A DNA stretch of 64,000 bases from Bacteriovoracaceae bacterium. GTDB lineage: Bacteria; Bdellovibrionota; Bacteriovoracia; Bacteriovoracales; Bacteriovoracaceae. A program made the position numbers and the translations under genes. The stretch covers positions 2,214,146 through 2,278,145 of the forward strand of contig OZ244226.1 in assembly GCA_965217035.1 (NCBI GenBank), in the 5' to 3' direction. The notes under the pieces were generated by a model. It saw only the letters and a list, made by a program, of their open reading frames with translations, ran no database searches and had not been told where the DNA came from. Positions 59,130 through 64,000 of this stretch are shown piece after piece; the first letter of the stretch is position 1; each line of letters opens with the position of its first letter.

Positions 59130-59933
59130 ATGGAAATCTTTTACCTCTCTCAAGGCCATTTGACCAACGATCCACCTCTTGTAAAGGCCAACAGTACGGC
59201 TTTTTTGCACGGAGAGTCTATTTTTACTAGTTTCTTAGCTGTTGATGGTAAAGTTAAAGGGTTAGAAGCTCATAAAAAAAGAATTAGACGCGCCGCGAAT
59301 TTATTTGGGGATATTGACGAGAAGACTCTAACGCAACAATCTTTTTCAGATCTTAAGGCAAATTCTAAAGAACTTCAGCTGCTCTTGAAGGGAGCTTTTC
59401 GAGTAAGGCTTACTTATTATAGAGAAAACGAAATTAAATATTTTTGGTCCTTTCAAAGAATTCACCAGTCTTTTGAGACTAAGACAGTAAAGACTGTCAT
59501 TTGGGAGAGGAATGGAGAAATTTTTAATTTTAAGTCTGCTGATTACGCTAAGGTCTTTTCGATGCTAAGAAAGAATCAAAGCGACGATATTTTAAAAGTA
59601 GGAATTAAGGGAGAGCTCTTCGATCTTTCAACAAGCAGTCTTCTCGTTAAAATTAATGGAGAGTTTGTTACTCCGGCTGTTTCTTCTAATGTCATCCAGA
59701 GTTGTCAACTTTCACTCTTGAATCAACTTCCAAGCTTTTCAATTGGAGAGCGTAAGCTTCATTTAGGTGACCTTTTTAAAGCTGATTTTGTTTTAGGCTC
59801 AAATGCTGTTAAGGAGTTTTTTCTCATTAGTCATGTTGACGAAAAGCCATTACCATACCCTAAAAAAGAAATTGATGAGTTTTTATCACTTTATTTTGAA
59901 GAATCATCAAAGCTCGCGGTAGATTTATGCTAA
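59130..59933 (+). CDS. divergent class IV aminotransferase (IlvE/PabC-like)
   Basis: AFLHGESIFTS, H..R, FKSADY (PLP Lys) and GSNAV motifs. Confidence 0.7.
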   Translation: MEIFYLSQGHLTNDPPLVKANSTAFLHGESIFTSFLAVDGKVKGLEAHKKRIRRAANLFGDIDEKTLTQQSFSDLKANSKELQLLLKGAFRVRLTYYRENEIKYFWSFQRIHQSFETKTVKTVIWERNGEIFNFKSADYAKVFSMLRKNQSDDILKVGIKGELFDLSTSSLLVKINGEFVTPAVSSNVIQSCQLSLLNQLPSFSIGERKLHLGDLFKADFVLGSNAVKEFFLISHVDEKPLPYPKKEIDEFLSLYFEESSKLAVDLC

Positions 59934-60751
59934 GCAAGACTATTAAAATTGCAGAGGAAGCAGGGAAATTACTTCTCAATAAGAAAAAAATTATTAAGAA
60001 GTTGAAACCAACTTATAAGAAAAACGAAGGCCTTGTTTCTGAAGCAGATTTAGAGAGCGAAGCACTGATTCGAAAACGTCTTTCTAAATTAACACCTGAT
60101 TATTTTGTCCTTGGAGAAGAAGACTCTTCAGTGAATAAAAAAAGTATCAAAATTGCTCAAAGCTCGGATTGGGTTTGGCATGTAGATCCTTTGGACGGGA
60201 CTAATAATTTTCTCAATAACTGGGATTATTACGCTGTTTCAATAGGTTTAACTTATAAAAATGATCTTCGCCTTGGTGTTGTTTATGCACCTGAAAGAAA
60301 TGAAATGTACTTTGCTGAAAAAGGAAAGGGAGCTTTTTTAAAGGTTCCCGGAAAAGGAAAACAAAAACTTCATGTAAAAAATCATGCTAAGAAAAATTTT
60401 AATCGTTCTTTCTTTTCAACTTGCCTTTGTTCTCTTGGTGGAAAAAATAAAAAAAAATTAGACGTATTTTATCGAGTGAATTCACGTTCACTGAGTGTAA
60501 GAAGAACAGGTTCAGCAGCACTTGATCTTTGCATGACTGCAAGGGGAATTTATGATGGATTCTGGGAGCATGGACTTAATTCCTGGGATATCAATGCAGG
60601 AGCATTAATATGCAAGGAAGCAGGGCTAAAACTCTCAGATTTCTGGGGACAGAAATATCACCCTTACACAGAGACCGTAGTAGTCTGTCAGAAACACTTA
60701 GCAGATCAACTTTATCAACTAATAGAACCTTCTTTCCCTTCCCGACCTTAA
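59927..60751 (+). CDS. suhB: inositol monophosphatase family protein
   Basis: VSEAD..SE, GEE, VDPLDGTNNF, GSAALDL and WDINAG motifs. Confidence 0.92.
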   Translation: MLSKTIKIAEEAGKLLLNKKKIIKKLKPTYKKNEGLVSEADLESEALIRKRLSKLTPDYFVLGEEDSSVNKKSIKIAQSSDWVWHVDPLDGTNNFLNNWDYYAVSIGLTYKNDLRLGVVYAPERNEMYFAEKGKGAFLKVPGKGKQKLHVKNHAKKNFNRSFFSTCLCSLGGKNKKKLDVFYRVNSRSLSVRRTGSAALDLCMTARGIYDGFWEHGLNSWDINAGALICKEAGLKLSDFWGQKYHPYTETVVVCQKHLADQLYQLIEPSFPSRP

Positions 60752-60795
60752 TTGACAGTAATTGGGACGCCCCATTATAATGATATAAAATACCT

Positions 60796-61764
60796 ATGGA
60801 GGGGTTTGTCGTGTCTAAAATATTATCTATTGTCGATGTCCACAACTCAGATTTTCTCGTCATTTTACTTAGCTTCAGTGTTCTAAGTTTAGTGTCGTTT
60901 ACTTTTTTATGGTTTTACAATCGAAGAAAATTTCAGAGTTTAGAGCATGACCTCCCAGCTGATGTTGTTAAATCTTATATCGATGCAATTATCCAAAACT
61001 CTCAAGTTCTAAAAACATCACTCTTTAGAGGTGAAACTGGTGACGCTGTTATGCCTCTTATGGGACAAGAAAGAGTTGTTGAAAAGATTAAAGAAGTTCC
61101 AGTAGGAGACTCAAAGCTCCAAGGAAAACTTGAAGAAACACAATCCCTTCTTTCGAAGAGCGAAAAGAAAGTCTCAGAACTTGAATCCATGATTAATGGT
61201 GGAGACTCTAAGCTTAAGTCATCGCAGAATAAAATTGCTGAACTTGAGTCTCAAGTTGAAAAACTGAAATCAAGTGCTGGATCCTCGGGAGAAGGCTCTG
61301 CTGAAGAGGTTAATGGTTTACAGTCAAAACTTGATGAAGTTTCCAAAGAAAAAGATATGTTAAGAGAAAGGCTGCAAGAGTATGAGATCATTGAAGATGA
61401 CCTCGCAAACCTAAAGAGACTACAACAAGAAAATGAGCAACTTAAAAAGAGCCTTGCTGAAGCTCAAGGTGAGTCAGCTCCTGTGGCAGCAGCTGAGCTT
61501 GCTCCAGCAGCGACGACTCCAGCTCCGGCCGTTGAAGAAGCTCCATCCCCTGAACCAGTCGCAGCAGCTGAACCTTCTCTTGAAGAAGTTCCAGACAATG
61601 TGACAGAGCTTACGGCTGCTGTAGCCGAAGAAAATATTCCGACTGCTGAAACCACAGAAATGGCTCCAGCTGAAGAGGAAGAAGGCGAAATCGTTGAAGA
61701 GGAAAAAGCTCCAAGCAATGATCCTGATGATCTTTTAAGAGAATTTGAAAAAATGCTTGGGTAA
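60796..61764 (+). CDS. membrane-anchored coiled-coil protein with Ala/Pro/Glu-rich tail
   Basis: One TM, long coiled coil (RLQEYEIIEDDLANLK), low-complexity linker, terminal DLLREFEKMLG. Confidence 0.75.
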   Translation: MEGFVVSKILSIVDVHNSDFLVILLSFSVLSLVSFTFLWFYNRRKFQSLEHDLPADVVKSYIDAIIQNSQVLKTSLFRGETGDAVMPLMGQERVVEKIKEVPVGDSKLQGKLEETQSLLSKSEKKVSELESMINGGDSKLKSSQNKIAELESQVEKLKSSAGSSGEGSAEEVNGLQSKLDEVSKEKDMLRERLQEYEIIEDDLANLKRLQQENEQLKKSLAEAQGESAPVAAAELAPAATTPAPAVEEAPSPEPVAAAEPSLEEVPDNVTELTAAVAEENIPTAETTEMAPAEEEEGEIVEEEKAPSNDPDDLLREFEKMLG

Positions 61765-61773
61765 AGACTCATA

Positions 61774-62478
61774 GTGAAAATCCTGCTCTCCTTACTCTTT
61801 TTTATTCCACCTGTTTATAGTTCTCAGAGTCTTGAGAAGCTATACAAGATAGATTCTATTAACGAGAAAGCTTATAAAGAACTTGAAGCAAAAACTTTAA
61901 AGCTTTCTAATAAAGCTGTTCCAACGCTTATTAAAGTTATGAAAAGTAGCGCTTACCCAGATAAAAATAGATGGCTTGCGACGATGAGTCTTGCTCGTAT
62001 CATGGGAGAGAAATCACTTCCTTTCATTAAAAAGTTTCTAAAGCATCCCCATTGGATACTAAGGCTTGCTTCTTTAAAAGTGATAAGAATTCTTAAGAAG
62101 AAAAACTTGAAAAGAGAGATAGAAGCAGCTCTGTTTGATAGATCTATGTTTATTAGAGTTGAAGCTTTGGATATGGTTGGTGATATGCAAATGCATCGAT
62201 CAGCTCCGGCTGTTTGGAAGATGCTCTTTGATCAAAAGAATTATCGTAAGAATAAAAAGGGAGGCCAAGAGAAAACAGAGATCATCAAAAGAATTATTCA
62301 AACTCTTGGGCGTTTAAAATACAAACCAGTGAGGAGTTCACTGGCAAAACTTCTTAAAAATTCTCAGTTCAAAGATTTAACTCCTGAAATTGATCACTCT
62401 CTTGTTCAAATGACAGGGATTCGTTCTCCCAAAATTATTAGTTCAAAAAAGAAATTCTGGTTGAGTCAAAAACTATAA
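61774..62478 (+). CDS. HEAT-repeat secreted protein
   Basis: Signal peptide; repeated L.D....IR.A..L helical units. Confidence 0.7.
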   Translation: MKILLSLLFFIPPVYSSQSLEKLYKIDSINEKAYKELEAKTLKLSNKAVPTLIKVMKSSAYPDKNRWLATMSLARIMGEKSLPFIKKFLKHPHWILRLASLKVIRILKKKNLKREIEAALFDRSMFIRVEALDMVGDMQMHRSAPAVWKMLFDQKNYRKNKKGGQEKTEIIKRIIQTLGRLKYKPVRSSLAKLLKNSQFKDLTPEIDHSLVQMTGIRSPKIISSKKKFWLSQKL

Positions 62479-62979
62479 GAGATTATTAATCTCTTTTTCT
62501 TCGTTTTGTTTTTGAATTTTTTGTAGGTATTTATCAAGAGTGATATATCTTTCCACTCTATAAAGAATAGTCTTTTCTAGAATATGATCTTTTCGAACTT
62601 CTTTCCAGCCTTGGAGGAAGTCCTTTTCAACTAATTGTCTTTTATAGACACTTACTTTAGTAACAGGAGCATTCGCCTTATAGGAGCGTTCTACATTGAC
62701 CAAGATTTTAAATCGAGCTGTTTTTATCCTGTCATTAGCTGCAAAAGAATCTGCAAAATTAACCTCTAGAGTATTATCAATCCAGCGTGTTTTAATAACT
62801 CCAGTTTCTTGGTTTTGAAGTTCGATGTCATATCTTTTCATGACATTTACTACTGCAGACCAGGCTTGTGCAAAGTCTGAATCGAAAACTTTATTAGGAA
62901 TTTCGAACTCTTTCGTGAGGTATTCAAATTGCTCATAAGATGTGCAAGAGTAAAGCAAGAATAGCAGGATAAAACGCAT
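62473..62979 (-). CDS. lipoprotein, BamC-like
   Basis: Lipobox LYSC; AWSAV..VM and ETGVIKTRW segments typical of BamC-like domains. Confidence 0.55.
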   Translation of the reverse strand: MRFILLFLLYSCTSYEQFEYLTKEFEIPNKVFDSDFAQAWSAVVNVMKRYDIELQNQETGVIKTRWIDNTLEVNFADSFAANDRIKTARFKILVNVERSYKANAPVTKVSVYKRQLVEKDFLQGWKEVRKDHILEKTILYRVERYITLDKYLQKIQKQNEEKEINNLL

Positions 62980-63030
62980 AGTTTTATTTTACTCTTGATT
63001 TCAATCATTCATAAAGTGATTTTTATCCGA

Positions 63031-64000
63031 TCAAGACTCTCGGTTATTGAGCTTTGTTATGAGTCCTATAATTGTAAAGAGCATCAAGAAAACTAACCCA
63101 AGACTAAGAATTCCAAATTTTTGAAAAAGAGTCGGGACTCTATCCACTAGCTTAATTGAGAGGTCTAAGGGTTTTACTTCTCCAAGAAAGAGCCTTGAAC
63201 TTTCTTCTCCATCAACATCAAAGATCGATGTAATGCCACTATTCGTAGACCTGATGACAGGAATTTGGAACTCTAATGCTCTCCATTTTGCTAAAAAGAG
63301 GTGCTGATAAGGCTCAGCTGTTTTTCCATACCAAGAATCATTGGTGAGATTGATAATGAAATGAGGGTGTTTTTGGTTCTTAGTTCCTTTATTTAAGGCA
63401 TCTCGAATATGTTGGGAAGAGAGAAGTTCATAACAGATAGGAACAATAAACCGAAATTGGTCTCTGGTTTCAAAGATAATGTGCTTATCATCACGAGAAA
63501 AAAATGAAACACCAGGAATATAATCCTTTAGGTAAGGAGTCAGTGGTCCAAAAGGAAGTGTCTCTCCAAAGGGAATGAGTTGATGTTTATGATAAACATT
63601 AAGATATTTCCCATTATCGCTGAAATGAAAAGCAGAGTTGTAGACAGTTTGTAGATTATTTACTGAGTTGCTTAATTTCCCCGTATCATATCCACCAATG
63701 AGCATTTCTGATTGCATGTTTGAGATAATATTCTTAAAAATGGGAGGGAGAGAACTTGGATTTAATTCGAGTCTATCTGTATTTAAATCTTGAGGGAAAG
63801 AGGTTTCTGGCCAAACAATAAGATCAAGATCAAGTTTAGTTGTAGCAACACTTTGACTGAAGTAACGATTATAAACTTCTTGAATGGAATTAAACTGTCC
63901 TAATTCTGATTGGATTTTCATGTAGTTTCCAATATTAGCTTGGACGATTCTCACGTTAAAATTTGTATCTTCTTTTGCTAATGTCTTCTTTTGAAAAGTC
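63031..64000 (-). CDS. lnt: apolipoprotein N-acyltransferase, 5'-truncated by window edge
   Basis: VQANI, WPET, YHKHQLIPFGE, ICYE, TNDSWYG and R.TNSGIT motifs; frame is open to the window end. Confidence 0.96.
   Translation of the reverse strand, partial: TFQKKTLAKEDTNFNVRIVQANIGNYMKIQSELGQFNSIQEVYNRYFSQSVATTKLDLDLIVWPETSFPQDLNTDRLELNPSSLPPIFKNIISNMQSEMLIGGYDTGKLSNSVNNLQTVYNSAFHFSDNGKYLNVYHKHQLIPFGETLPFGPLTPYLKDYIPGVSFFSRDDKHIIFETRDQFRFIVPICYELLSSQHIRDALNKGTKNQKHPHFIINLTNDSWYGKTAEPYQHLFLAKWRALEFQIPVIRSTNSGITSIFDVDGEESSRLFLGEVKPLDLSIKLVDRVPTLFQKFGILSLGLVFLMLFTIIGLITKLNNRES

Noticed and set aside
61460..61700. Recurrent gctcca/gcagct words as a tandem DNA repeat
   Set aside because: Explained by the low-complexity Ala/Pro/Glu protein linker; no regular period.
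1..64000. Short (60-200 aa) ORFs in the track lying antisense to or inside long genes, e.g. 3452-4054, 4838-5164, 32909-33250, 57454-57846, 61464-61772
   Set aside because: They overlap well-supported genes and show no motifs; treated as shadow ORFs.
1..64000. CRISPR arrays, tRNA/rRNA genes, transposases, integrases, prophage genes
   Set aside because: No repeat-spacer periodicity, cloverleaf or corresponding protein motifs were seen by eye. A covariance-model scan was not run.

Overview
A gene-dense, low-GC window (roughly 35% by eye) of bacterial chromosome. Gene content and style suggest a Bdellovibrionota / Bacteriovoracales-like diderm; this is inference only. I saw no rRNA, tRNA, CRISPR array, transposase or integrase. 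The right half is mostly housekeeping: trpS, tsaC, gpsA, lexA, mutS, lptB-rpoN-hpf, hflX, a pantothenate/CoA cluster, suhB and lnt. The main points of interest are: (1) a tightly coupled 8-gene lipid operon (3434-13603) that joins a PlsA/PlsR(Ger)-type Fe-S reductase pair, known from anaerobic plasmalogen/ether-lipid synthesis, to O2-dependent desaturases and a hydroxylase, a PAP2 phosphotransferase, a methyltransferase and an MBL hydrolase, next to an MMPL exporter; (2) a 4-gene secreted module (24794-28782) made of a Hint-domain autoprocessing protein ending in GD, a small lipoprotein, a divergent subtilase and a MACPF-like protein; (3) three copies of a TACGGA-N5-TCCGTA palindrome in the lexA promoter, a candidate non-canonical SOS box, with a small ORF on each side of lexA; (4) an ArsM-like methyltransferase plus radical SAM pair abutting an MTA/SAH nucleosidase, suggesting organoarsenic chemistry; (5) a probable ATC start codon for mutS; (6) a stand-alone DnaA N-terminal-domain protein. 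All product calls come from reading motifs by eye; no database searches were run.
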